A stretch of 46,438 nucleotides of DNA. It comes from a virus (taxonomy: Duplodnaviria; Caudoviricetes). A program made the position numbers and the translations under genes. Of this stretch, positions 26,967-34,929 are shown in pieces. Position 1 is the first letter of the stretch. Each line of letters begins with the position of its first letter. The notes beneath the pieces were generated by a model that was not told where the DNA came from, did no database searches, and worked only from the letters and a program-made list of their open reading frames with translations. The stretch covers positions 1 through 46,438 of IMG/VR virus record IMGVR_UViG_3300035676_000013; one strand, given 5' to 3'.

Positions 26967-27772
26967 GCCAGTTGACTCCGCAGGTTGAAGATGTTTGATG
27001 AAATCCTGATACCTTCACCTCTTCCCACTTCAAGCACAACGAGACCGACATCAGGGAACGTGCTTGCATGGACCCTCTTGGCATAGTCACTGCCCCATGT
27101 CTGCAGTGCCGGCAGGATGACACCTACCCAAAAGGCCTTGTTGCCGTTCCTCATGCAGATGCCCTCACGCTTGTCGAATACGTGCCGGTGTGCACGGATG
27201 ATCACATCAGGTATCTTGGTGCCGTGCCTGTTGGCGTTTGATACTGCTGCCTCGTATTCTGCCAGGAGTGAATTGCCGTGCAGGTGTGGCCGGTTGCTGC
27301 CACCAATGCCGTGCTTCACATCAATGAACATCCCATGCCTCTCAACGATCTTGCCCTTGGTTGCCACTGCACCAACACGTTGAGCTATGCCTCTCTCCGC
27401 AGTGCCATCACCAACGTGCCATTCCGTGCCTTCCACGATCAGGAATTTGTTGATCTTGGTGTGGTCACGAATCCAGTCGAAGATGTATGTTGCCATCACA
27501 CACTGCTGATCGATCACGTTGTTGAGGTTGTCACGTTTGGCTTCTCCACGGTGCGGTCCATTGATCACATCACCCACCACCCACAACTCGTCTGCCTCTG
27601 CATTGTCGAGCATGACCCTTGTGAAGATATTCCACAGTTCTTCTCTCCGGTCCTGATACGGCACCAGTTCGCTTTTGCCACAGTCCATGTCCATGTTGGT
27701 CAGTCCGGTGGCAGCACCACAGTGCCAGTCAGATGTCACGATGATTTTGTGCATACTCCAAGTCCTCCTCAT
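26963..27772 (-). CDS. calcineurin-like metallophosphoesterase
   Basis: SDWHCG, GDVING, GTEWH, KHG, AHRH metal-ligand motifs. Confidence 0.85.
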   Translation of the reverse strand: MRRTWSMHKIIVTSDWHCGAATGLTNMDMDCGKSELVPYQDRREELWNIFTRVMLDNAEADELWVVGDVINGPHRGEAKRDNLNNVIDQQCVMATYIFDWIRDHTKINKFLIVEGTEWHVGDGTAERGIAQRVGAVATKGKIVERHGMFIDVKHGIGGSNRPHLHGNSLLAEYEAAVSNANRHGTKIPDVIIRAHRHVFDKREGICMRNGNKAFWVGVILPALQTWGSDYAKRVHASTFPDVGLVVLEVGRGEGIRISSNIFNLRSQLA

Positions 27773-28641
27773 TTCTTGGTCAGGTATTCAATCAGTTGGT
27801 CCCACAGATCATCCATCTTACCGGATGACACGTTCCTTGACTTCAAGTCCTCCAGGGTGCCTTCCATCTTGTATTTGTTTCTGAGGTACAAAATGAAGGC
27901 ATCGATGACTTTTGCCGACACCACTGTACCAGATCCGGTCTTGTCGAGCACATCCATCCTCTTGTTCATTTCGTCTTCAAATTCCTTGACCAGAGGATCG
28001 GCTGAGACAGGGGTCTCGTACCTCATGGATTCCCCAACTTCTACCGGCCTGCTGCCTTGGAAGACCTCTTCTATCTTGTCCAATGCCTGGGAAGGGGTCT
28101 GGTTTGCCCCAGGATCGCTTTTCTCACCCTCTTTAGTAGCAGGGGTTAGGTTCTTTTTGCCGGCCTTTGCCTTACTCTTTGGTAAGTCCTCGACTTTATA
28201 AGGATTTTCCTGGGGTGGAGTTTTGTCTGCTGCCTGCTCGTACTTCTGGCCGTTCTGCAGGTAGTCCGAATCCACGTTGTCATCGATCAGGAACAGTCCG
28301 TTCAAGGCATACTTCCTGGCATAGGATGACGTAGCTCCAGTGATCTGAGATTCATCCATGCCTTTCTTTTCCTTTGGTTCCCTGGCATAGGCCTGGGATT
28401 CAGCAATCACCTCACCATCAGGGCCGGCAAGGACAGCATCAGCAACCACGTAGAACCTGTCTCCGATCTGAACAACAGTGTCCATCATCTTGACCGTGCA
28501 CTTCAACTCTGCAAGGATCGGCTTCAATCCTTCGATGATGTCTTCGCATGACCGGTACTTGTACTTGCCGAAGTTGTTAAACTGATTCTTTGGTGCCTTC
28601 AGTCTCGTCTGAATCTGCCACAATATCTCCTGTTTTTCCAT
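27769..28641 (-). CDS. erf: Erf-family single-strand annealing protein
   Basis: LKAPKNQFNNFGKYKYRSCEDI, GMDESQITGATSSYARKYALNGLFLIDD. Confidence 0.92.
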   Translation of the reverse strand: MEKQEILWQIQTRLKAPKNQFNNFGKYKYRSCEDIIEGLKPILAELKCTVKMMDTVVQIGDRFYVVADAVLAGPDGEVIAESQAYAREPKEKKGMDESQITGATSSYARKYALNGLFLIDDNVDSDYLQNGQKYEQAADKTPPQENPYKVEDLPKSKAKAGKKNLTPATKEGEKSDPGANQTPSQALDKIEEVFQGSRPVEVGESMRYETPVSADPLVKEFEDEMNKRMDVLDKTGSGTVVSAKVIDAFILYLRNKYKMEGTLEDLKSRNVSSGKMDDLWDQLIEYLTKK

Positions 28642-29443
28642 CTGTCTCCTCCATTGCCCAATCAGGCAGGTCTAATGGTTTCACTGCAGGGTCATAGCTA
28701 GGCCACTGGTCCAGTGCGAGGCAGGCCTTGTACCGTGGCAGCACTTCGTCTATGATGCGGTGCCCTGCTTCTATGAAAAGAGGTTGTGCCTCAAACACGT
28801 TTATCGCATAAGGTTCTGTCTTCTCCTGGGCAATGAACACAAAGGTCTCGTGGTGCAGCTTTGTGATCTGCTTGAGACCCCTGATTGTCCAGGCAGCTTG
28901 AATGTGGTATCCCAAATTGAACGATGCTTTCAAGAATGCTCGTGGGCTTGCATCCGTGGTTGACTTCAAATCCACAGGTAGACGCAGGACCGTGGAGAGG
29001 AGGTCGATCCTAGTCCTGCACCATACCTCGTGGATGGGGTCTTTCCAGATCATGGAGGTCTCACGTTCAGCACCCCTCTGGAAGACATCCCACTGTGGAT
29101 GTGCCCACAGCACCTTTGCCATTGCCCTGATCTTCTCCATTTCATCGTTGGAGATTATCGCTTTGTCCTTGTGCTGCTCCATCCAGGCTTGACCTTCCTT
29201 GGTCCTGGCATTCATGCCGGCAGGCTTCACTGCATACTGACTGGCGAACAGGTTGTTCTCCAGAAGGAAGCAGTGGTAGGCACCACCAAAGACCATTGCC
29301 TGGGTCTCGTTCTTCTCTCCATCGAGCATTGCCTTGTAGTGGGCAGGAGACTTCTGGAACTCCTTCACACCAGTGTAGCTGATGATCGGCAATGCGTGAT
29401 ATGTCTTGGGGTCAATGCGGTAGAGGCCTTCTTTCAGTTCCAT
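28577..29443 (-). CDS. RecE-like PD-(D/E)xK exonuclease (DUF3799-like)
   Basis: YHA..S..SPAHY, FGGAYH, CRTRID, DLKST, GYHIQAA, FVFIAQEK; upstream of erf. Confidence 0.88.
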   Translation of the reverse strand: MELKEGLYRIDPKTYHALPIISYTGVKEFQKSPAHYKAMLDGEKNETQAMVFGGAYHCFLLENNLFASQYAVKPAGMNARTKEGQAWMEQHKDKAIISNDEMEKIRAMAKVLWAHPQWDVFQRGAERETSMIWKDPIHEVWCRTRIDLLSTVLRLPVDLKSTTDASPRAFLKASFNLGYHIQAAWTIRGLKQITKLHHETFVFIAQEKTEPYAINVFEAQPLFIEAGHRIIDEVLPRYKACLALDQWPSYDPAVKPLDLPDWAMEETDGKTGDIVADSDETEGTKESV

Positions 29444-29729
29444 GGTTTGGCACCATACTCCTTTTTTCTGAATGATCAAGGGGCTTTTTATAATGCTTCA
29501 AAAAATTCTTGTTGAGTAGCCGGCACCTCTTCCCATCACGATAGAAGAACCGGTATCCGAATTGGTCCACCTGGGACTCCCTGATTCCGTGATACCGGTG
29601 TGCCTCTTTCACGATATGAGGTGCAAGGCCGGTGCCGTGCCCAGGTAGGGTGACCAGTGGATCTTGCATCCACCAGTACACCCCAACCAGGGACAGGGCC
29701 AAAAGGCTACTGGTGATCTTTATCATCAT
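29412..29729 (-). CDS. hypothetical protein with N-terminal membrane anchor
   Basis: Fills the operon gap; hydrophobic residues ~4-20. Confidence 0.55.
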   Translation of the reverse strand: MMIKITSSLLALSLVGVYWWMQDPLVTLPGHGTGLAPHIVKEAHRYHGIRESQVDQFGYRFFYRDGKRCRLLNKNFLKHYKKPLDHSEKRSMVPNHGTERRPLPH

Positions 29730-30438
29730 CAGGGACCGGCACCAGGGTCATCCCACGCTTCACCCTATCGGCCAGGGACTTGTAGATCTTGTAGTCGATG
29801 TCAGACAGGATGTCCTTGAGGGTTGCGTCCTGATCGTCATCGATTGAGGCCAGGATATTGCGACCACGCAGGTATGTCTCGTACTCAGACTGCTTCACGA
29901 TGTACTCCACCCTAGTGGGTCTGAAGGCACAGAAGATTCCAGGGGTGTATACCAGAGCACCCTTCTGTCCACTCGTTTCATCGACTGCCTCTCTGTCCCA
30001 ATGGCAGCATGACTTTGCATGGGCCAGGAACACGTAGGTCTCACCAATCACAAAGTCATTGGGCAAGCCGGCAATTCTTCTCGACACACCAAGCATCGAA
30101 GCCTCAGTTAGAAACTCACCAGTTGTGTAGAACTTCTCACCCACCCAAATCAAGCCGGCCTTCACGTTCACGATCTCGTCCTGTACACGTTTCGTGAACA
30201 CGTTAGAAGGTGAACACATGGGGCACCCAGGACCGTCACTGCATCCCAAGTGTGTGCCAAACAGCTTGATGGGATCGATCCACTTGAAGCCTCTTGCCTG
30301 CTTGATGCCCTCTCCGCAGCAGGGGCAAACGACCAACTCAAATGGAAGTCTGTCACATCCCTTCTCCAGTGCACCAGAGACCAGATACGTCCCATGCACT
30401 TTCCTGTAGCCACATCCTCTCTTTGCTTCAGTTGCCAT
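29707..30438 (-). CDS. Cys-rich hypothetical protein
   Basis: 243 aa; RGCGYRK, CDRLP, CPCCG, L.WVGEKFY, GVSRRI; GAGGA RBS. Confidence 0.8.
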   Translation of the reverse strand: MATEAKRGCGYRKVHGTYLVSGALEKGCDRLPFELVVCPCCGEGIKQARGFKWIDPIKLFGTHLGCSDGPGCPMCSPSNVFTKRVQDEIVNVKAGLIWVGEKFYTTGEFLTEASMLGVSRRIAGLPNDFVIGETYVFLAHAKSCCHWDREAVDETSGQKGALVYTPGIFCAFRPTRVEYIVKQSEYETYLRGRNILASIDDDQDATLKDILSDIDYKIYKSLADRVKRGMTLVPVPDDDKDHQ

Positions 30439-30453
30439 GATAGTTTCCTCCTC

Positions 30454-30735
30454 TCATGCAAAAGTAATTGTGTCCAGTTCGTAATTCTCGTGGGTCCACT
30501 CTGCAAGCAAGCGAAGTTTCCGTGCATCCGATTCAAGTTTGGTAATGTCATACACCATGACCAGACTCACACCCTTCTCAAACATGTCCACCATTGCACG
30601 GACCACCCTGCAGACCTCTCCGTGGGTCATGGTGACCACCCCACCACTTATCTTCACACCTACATGGAAAGCTGCCTCTGCCAGTCTTCCAGAAAACTTC
30701 ACCTCTTCGCCTTTGATCTCTGTGTACATTCCCAT
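30454..30735 (-). CDS. early hypothetical protein
   Basis: AGGAGG RBS. Confidence 0.7.
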   Translation of the reverse strand: MGMYTEIKGEEVKFSGRLAEAAFHVGVKISGGVVTMTHGEVCRVVRAMVDMFEKGVSLVMVYDITKLESDARKLRLLAEWTHENYELDTITFA

Positions 30736-30746
30736 GACCGTCCTCC

Positions 30747-30989
30747 TTACTTGATCTGAGCGTGCTCGTTCTCTTCCTCAAAGTCCGTGTCCACTTCCTG
30801 CTCGTTGAAGATTGCGTCACTGTACTTGGCAGCAAGAGTAAAGCACCCTGCTATTCCTTCCGCCAGTCCCTTCCAACATTTCGATCTCTGGCCGACATCG
30901 TTTCCGTTCTTGCAGAAGGCACACGAAGGTATGGAAAGCTTTCTCCTGGGCCGGCCATACATCATGTATTTCTTGCTCAACTTCGCCAT
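30747..30989 (-). CDS. early hypothetical protein (Cys-containing)
   Basis: GGAGGT RBS; operon packing. Confidence 0.65.
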   Translation of the reverse strand: MAKLSKKYMMYGRPRRKLSIPSCAFCKNGNDVGQRSKCWKGLAEGIAGCFTLAAKYSDAIFNEQEVDTDFEEENEHAQIK

Positions 30990-30991
30990 GA

Positions 30992-31174
30992 CTACTTACC
31001 TCCTCTGATGTACTTCTCCACGCACTCCTTGGCAATCCTAAGAGACCTGTCCCACACCTTGTCTTCAGTGTCTGCTGCCAGTGAGCCGATCAGGAAATTG
31101 TGCACTGCACGAATCTCCTCGTCATTCTCCATCTCCTTAACCAACTCGTCCAGTCTTTCCAGTCTTGCCTTCAT
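30992..31174 (-). CDS. early hypothetical protein
   Basis: AGGAGG RBS. Confidence 0.65.
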   Translation of the reverse strand: MKARLERLDELVKEMENDEEIRAVHNFLIGSLAADTEDKVWDRSLRIAKECVEKYIRGGK

Positions 31175-31186
31175 TACTTGTCCTCC

Positions 31187-31402
31187 TTAGAAAATCGTTT
31201 CTCCAGGGTTTGCCATATCCACGAATGTCACTATCCGCACCTTCCGGTCTGTCACCCTATCCGCCACAAGCCTTGACATTGCCAACATCTGATCGACTTC
31301 ACGCATGGTCTGAAACTTGCCGTTGACCTTGCCACCAGAGGTGACAATCCACTGACCATTCTCAAACGTCACGAAGACCTTCACAACCACTGGCTTCTCC
31401 AT
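31187..31402 (-). CDS. early hypothetical protein
   Basis: GGAGGT RBS and TGATG coupling at ATG 31402. Confidence 0.6.
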   Translation of the reverse strand: MEKPVVVKVFVTFENGQWIVTSGGKVNGKFQTMREVDQMLAMSRLVADRVTDRKVRIVTFVDMANPGETIF

Positions 31403-31590
31403 CACTTCACCTCCCTGATGTACGCACGAGTAATCCTCTTCTCGTCCCACACTTCACCCAGGCCATGAGGTTCATCGAACATCCCACCATCTGCACCAGG
31501 GAACCAGTGCTTGATTACTTGGAACAGGCTCACTGCCTGCACCTTCACCTTTCTGCCACTTGTCACGTATTGAATCGTGTAGGTCTTCAT
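31402..31590 (-). CDS. early hypothetical protein
   Basis: GGAGG RBS, TAATG coupling. Confidence 0.65.
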   Translation of the reverse strand: MKTYTIQYVTSGRKVKVQAVSLFQVIKHWFPGADGGMFDEPHGLGEVWDEKRITRAYIREVK

Positions 31591-31889
31591 TACTTGACCT
31601 CCTCGTAAACCGCATTAGGAATCCTCACGTTGTAGACAATGTTTTCGCCAACAGGGAAAACCTTCCTGGCATTGCTGATCACATCGATCACGTAGGTGTC
31701 ACCGTATTCCCAGGAACCATAGGTGAAGGGTGACTTAACCGCACAGAACCACCGTGCATACCGGTTGGTCTTCTCCTTGTCCGGTCCCTGATACTTCTTG
31801 AGCACCCTGTATTCCCAGGTGCCATCGATTGACTGCCAGATCTCGTAGGGGTTTTCCACTTTCCTCGTCTTTCCGCATTCGTTCTTCAT
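31590..31889 (-). CDS. early protein (99 aa, aromatic-rich)
   Basis: Start at 31889 follows promoter and AAGGAGG; WEYRVLKKYQ, ARWFCAVKSP, YGDTY. Confidence 0.8.
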   Translation of the reverse strand: MKNECGKTRKVENPYEIWQSIDGTWEYRVLKKYQGPDKEKTNRYARWFCAVKSPFTYGSWEYGDTYVIDVISNARKVFPVGENIVYNVRIPNAVYEEVK

Positions 31890-31952
31890 GGTGTCCTCCT
31901 TGATGTTGGCTACTATTATACGCTTTTCAAAATCCTTGTCAAGCTTTTTTTT
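31890..31952 (-). promoter_or_regulatory. early sigma70 promoter-RBS cassette 3
   Basis: AAAAAAGC-TTGACA-16 bp-TATAAT...AACATCAAGGAGG-ACACC-ATG. Confidence 0.9.
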
Positions 31953-32068
31953 CTGCCACTCTCTGGAGACCCCTCTGACCCCTTCCACGGTAGTCAGAGG
32001 TTTGCTGAATGCGTTGTGACCTAGGATTCCGCATTCGGTCTCCAGGCAGGGGCAGAAGCCCCCACCGG

Positions 32069-32281
32069 CTACTCAAGTCTGGTGATTTCCGTAGCAGGCT
32101 GAAGCGGAGTCACCACCTTCATGTAGACCTCTGCAATGTAGAAGGTCTTACCAGGGCAATCCTTGGACATTACCTCTGCCTTCTCCACGGCAAGGTCTTC
32201 TTCCGTGTTGGGGTGCCTGATCACTTCCAGGCCGTTAGGTCCACCTGCTGCCAATACCACGAATGTTCTGTTTCCTACCAT
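32069..32281 (-). CDS. early hypothetical protein
   Basis: GGAGGT RBS. Confidence 0.65.
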   Translation of the reverse strand: MVGNRTFVVLAAGGPNGLEVIRHPNTEEDLAVEKAEVMSKDCPGKTFYIAEVYMKVVTPLQPATEITRLE

Positions 32282-32286
32282 GTTCG

Positions 32287-32442
32287 TTACCTCCGTTCCT
32301 GTTTAGGTGATTGTCTGTGAATCGTGTTTTCCCTGTCTCTACAACCTTCCTCGTAGGCCTTTTCGAAATCGTTAGGAATTGGTTCTCCAAGCAGGCCTGC
32401 GATATACGCTTTTGCAATCTCTTCTTTCCAGGGTGATTCCAT
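32287..32442 (-). CDS. early hypothetical protein
   Basis: AAGGAGG RBS before ATG 32442. Confidence 0.55.
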   Translation of the reverse strand: MESPWKEEIAKAYIAGLLGEPIPNDFEKAYEEGCRDRENTIHRQSPKQERR

Positions 32443-32452
32443 GGTCTCCTCC

Positions 32453-32680
32453 TTATCTGTCCTCAATCCCCAGGTAGTCTTCCATCCCACTGTCTTCCGG
32501 TTCTCCGGTCAGACCTGCTTCCCTTGACAGTCTGATGATCTCGTCATCGATCAGGCAGAGTTGCTTGAACAGCACCAGTTTCCTGTCTCCGGTAGCATCA
32601 AGCCACTCTGCTGCTACACCGTTTCTGGTCTCGTACATCTGCTCGATCTTGTCTTCCAGAATTTCAAACTCGATTGTCAT
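32453..32680 (-). CDS. early acidic hypothetical protein
   Basis: Start at 32680 follows promoter cassette 2. Confidence 0.7.
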   Translation of the reverse strand: MTIEFEILEDKIEQMYETRNGVAAEWLDATGDRKLVLFKQLCLIDDEIIRLSREAGLTGEPEDSGMEDYLGIEDR

Positions 32681-32741
32681 TTGCTTTCTCCTGATGTTCA
32701 CCTATATGATACGCCTTTTTCCGACAATGTCAAGCTTTTTT
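32681..32741 (-). promoter_or_regulatory. early sigma70 promoter-RBS cassette 2
   Basis: AAAAAAGC-TTGACA-16 bp-TATCAT...AACATCAGGAG. Confidence 0.85.
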
Positions 32742-33135
32742 AGATCAGGTTGAAAAGAACCTGGGCACAAGCAGTGACCAGTGTTTCGACCCTATTGACA
32801 CTGCTGCTTCTTGCCTGCCTCTCGATTCCCATGCAGGGGTGGTCCCAGGCAACCACCTGAGTCCTCTCGTTGTGGGGCACGGCACCTTTGCTGTCCTTGA
32901 TCACATGAACGAATCCTGCAATGACAGTGTCCTTTCCGTTTGCCTCTCTGACCCACACGTTGTACACATCGTACTTCTCGTGGTCCTCGTACCCATCATA
33001 GTCAGGTTCCATCCTAATGATGAATGACCCCAGGTTCTCAGTGGTGAAAAGAATGTGGTTGCTGTTTGTTCTGGCGTAATGGATGGTTGCATCCTCACCA
33101 GTCCAGTTTCCTTTGTTGATTCTCATTCTCTGCAT
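32740..33135 (-). CDS. first early hypothetical protein
   Basis: AAGGAGG RBS after promoter cassette 1. Confidence 0.8.
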   Translation of the reverse strand: MQRMRINKGNWTGEDATIHYARTNSNHILFTTENLGSFIIRMEPDYDGYEDHEKYDVYNVWVREANGKDTVIAGFVHVIKDSKGAVPHNERTQVVAWDHPCMGIERQARSSSVNRVETLVTACAQVLFNLI

Positions 33136-33199
33136 GGTTTCCTCCTTGATGTTGTCTATAATTATAAACCTTTTTTTGAGGGTGTCAAGCTTTTTTTTT
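33136..33199 (-). promoter_or_regulatory. early sigma70 promoter-RBS cassette 1
   Basis: A9-GC-TTGACA-16 bp-TATAAT...AACATCAAGGAGG-AAACC-ATG. Confidence 0.9.
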
Positions 33200-33238
33200 G
33201 AAAAAAAGAAAAAAAGTTTTTAGCCGGTAAAATCCGTA

Positions 33239-33255
33239 TGCAAGGTGTGTGCCAA
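33239..33255 (-). promoter_or_regulatory. sigma54 (-24/-12) consensus site
   Basis: Minus strand TTGGCAC-ACACC-TTGCA matches YTGGCAC-N5-TTGCW. Confidence 0.7.
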
Positions 33256-33264
33256 AGATTTTTC

Positions 33265-33292
33265 TTGACTTCCCTGGTAAAACTATTATAAT
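33265..33292 (+). promoter_or_regulatory. rightward sigma70 promoter
   Basis: TTGACT-16 bp-TATAAT. Confidence 0.8.
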
Positions 33293-33315
33293 AGATTCGC
33301 CATGTGAAAAAGGCA

Positions 33316-33344
33316 TTGACTTTTGAATCGAGAGTGATTATCTT
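33316..33344 (+). promoter_or_regulatory. possible second rightward sigma70 promoter
   Basis: TTGACT-17 bp-TATCTT just before AAGGAGGAGGT RBS. Confidence 0.5.
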
Positions 33345-33362
33345 TTAAGGAGGAGGTGACCC

Positions 33363-33602
33363 ATGTTCAAAGACGTTCATTGCCAGTACCACAAAAGATG
33401 CAAGCTGCAGAGAGAGTGCGAGGGTTGCAAGGTTCCTGCTGCTGCCAGTGAGTACGACCTTGAGCAACCCATGAAGATCCAGTATTCGGAAGACAAGGAC
33501 AGGAGAGGCCTGGACATTCGAAAGGAGATCTATGGCACCCTGGTGGACAACAAGGAGAAATTCTATGACGAACATGGAGAGGAAGAGGAAGTACTCGATT
33601 GA
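33363..33602 (+). CDS. Cys-cluster small protein, first rightward gene
   Basis: Strong RBS; four Cys in N-terminal 25 aa; acidic tail. Confidence 0.75.
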   Translation: MFKDVHCQYHKRCKLQRECEGCKVPAAASEYDLEQPMKIQYSEDKDRRGLDIRKEIYGTLVDNKEKFYDEHGEEEEVLD

Positions 33603-33753
33603 ACCTGATGACGGTCACTGTGAGGACTTGGATTACAACAACCGGCCATGGGAAGATTGGGAAAAAGAGGCAGAGGAGAGGGCAAGGAAGGCTCACCCTG
33701 GACTGTGGGAATTTTTCGAGGAATTGGAGGTGAAAAATGGCAAAGGATCTTGA
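33565..33753 (+). CDS. acidic hypothetical protein
   Basis: AAGGAG RBS before ATG 33565. Confidence 0.5.
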   Translation: MTNMERKRKYSIEPDDGHCEDLDYNNRPWEDWEKEAEERARKAHPGLWEFFEELEVKNGKGS

Positions 33754-34603
33754 GGATGGCTACACCAGAATAGCGAATGAGGTTCTGGAAGACCTGTCTA
33801 AATGCAAATTTCTTTGCATTAAAAGCAGGATCGTTCTGGCAGTGATCAGAAACACCTGGGGTTGGAAGGGTCATCCCACGGAAAGGGAGATGTCTCAGAC
33901 CTATCTTGCAAATGCAATAGACGCACCACTGGACAGTGTAAAATGGGCACTCAAAGATCTGACCAAATTGGGCATGATCGAGAGGCATGGTTCTACCACA
34001 AAATACGACAAGCATTGGGTGGAATCCCACCCAGTGGAGAATCCCACCCAGGTGGAATCCCACCCACTACCTGGGTTGAATCCCACCCAAAACCTGGGTG
34101 AGATCCCACCCACAAAGAAAGAAAAGAAAGAAAAGAGAAAGAAAGGCCCAATTCAAAAGTCCACCTCTTTAACAGAAGACTTTTCACTCAGCAATGAGAT
34201 GACCAACTTTGCAGTTTGGAGAGGTCTACAGGGAAAGGCAATCGAAGAGGAGTTTGAGAAGTTCAAGGCCTATCACATTGCAAAAGGAAGCACCATGAAA
34301 AGATGGGATATGGCATGGAGGACATGGGTGCTCAACTGGAAGAAGTTCAACCAGGGAAAGGGACAGGTGGACAAGTTTCTGAAAATCAATAATGGGCAGT
34401 CCATGGTCCGTTTGGATGAAGACCTGCTTGTTGAGTTTTGGAAACCATATCCTGAGATGATCGACTCTGCAAAGAATGCCGGCATCGTTTTCATTGCAGA
34501 GTTTCTTGATGACTTCAGAAAGCAGGGGCACGGCAAGCGTGCTACCAGAGAGCAATGGATCGAGATGTGGAACCAGAAAATTAAAAACGAAGGAGGTAAG
34601 TGA
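33737..34603 (+). CDS. replication initiator (lambda O-like)
   Basis: LEDGYTRIANEVLE, IRNTWGW winged-helix N-terminus; internal iterons; FEKFKAYH..W..AWRTW domain. Confidence 0.88.
   Translation: MAKDLEDGYTRIANEVLEDLSKCKFLCIKSRIVLAVIRNTWGWKGHPTEREMSQTYLANAIDAPLDSVKWALKDLTKLGMIERHGSTTKYDKHWVESHPVENPTQVESHPLPGLNPTQNLGEIPPTKKEKKEKRKKGPIQKSTSLTEDFSLSNEMTNFAVWRGLQGKAIEEEFEKFKAYHIAKGSTMKRWDMAWRTWVLNWKKFNQGKGQVDKFLKINNGQSMVRLDEDLLVEFWKPYPEMIDSAKNAGIVFIAEFLDDFRKQGHGKRATREQWIEMWNQKIKNEGGK
34016..34145. repeat. putative replication origin: five ATCCCACCCA iterons plus A-rich tract
   Basis: Copies ending at 34033, 34050, 34066, 34089, 34112, several as TGGGTnnnATCCCACCCA quasi-palindromes, followed by (GAAA)n purine run. 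Confidence 0.85.
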
Positions 34604-34929
34604 TGGGATTTCCCAGGGACAAGCACGGACTGTTCTCTGCTGACAGGGTGGACTTCGTGATCAGGTACGGCATGAGGTGCTCAAGGTGCATGAAGGTAGA
34701 CCTTGTGTGCATACAGGAACCAGAGACTGAGCACGCACCATGGTTGTGCAGAGAGTGCTACACAGGTATGGGTAAGGAGCAGTTTCAGAAGAACATGGAC
34801 ACGATCTCAAAGATCAATGCGAGGAGAGGAGTGACCGGAATATATGACAAGGTCACGAAAACTGTGAAGTTGTCAAATAGTCCGGTTGAAGAGAAACCAC
34901 AAACTACTGATCTATTTGGAGGAAACTAA
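34600..34929 (+). CDS. zinc-binding hypothetical protein
   Basis: CSRC...LCRECY; GGAGGT RBS. Confidence 0.65.
   Translation: MMGFPRDKHGLFSADRVDFVIRYGMRCSRCMKVDLVCIQEPETEHAPWLCRECYTGMGKEQFQKNMDTISKINARRGVTGIYDKVTKTVKLSNSPVEEKPQTTDLFGGN

Noticed and set aside
27278-28201. 307-aa plus-strand ORF and other long antisense ORFs (e.g. 4147-4905, 5781-6518)
   Set aside because: Antisense to well-supported genes, without RBS or motifs; expected from codon bias.
31972-32000. CCTCTGAC...GTCAGAGG inverted repeat as a separate ncRNA
   Set aside because: An 8-bp stem with a large loop just upstream of promoter cassette 3; probably a weak terminator or processing site, too little evidence to call.
26128-33753. 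Lysogeny module (integrase, CI/Cro) at the divergent region
   Set aside because: No recombinase catalytic motifs or Cro/CI-type HTH proteins flank the divergent promoters.
34016-34112. Quasi-palindromic repeats as a mini-CRISPR array
   Set aside because: Spacing is only 16-23 bp and they sit inside the initiator gene; they fit iterons.
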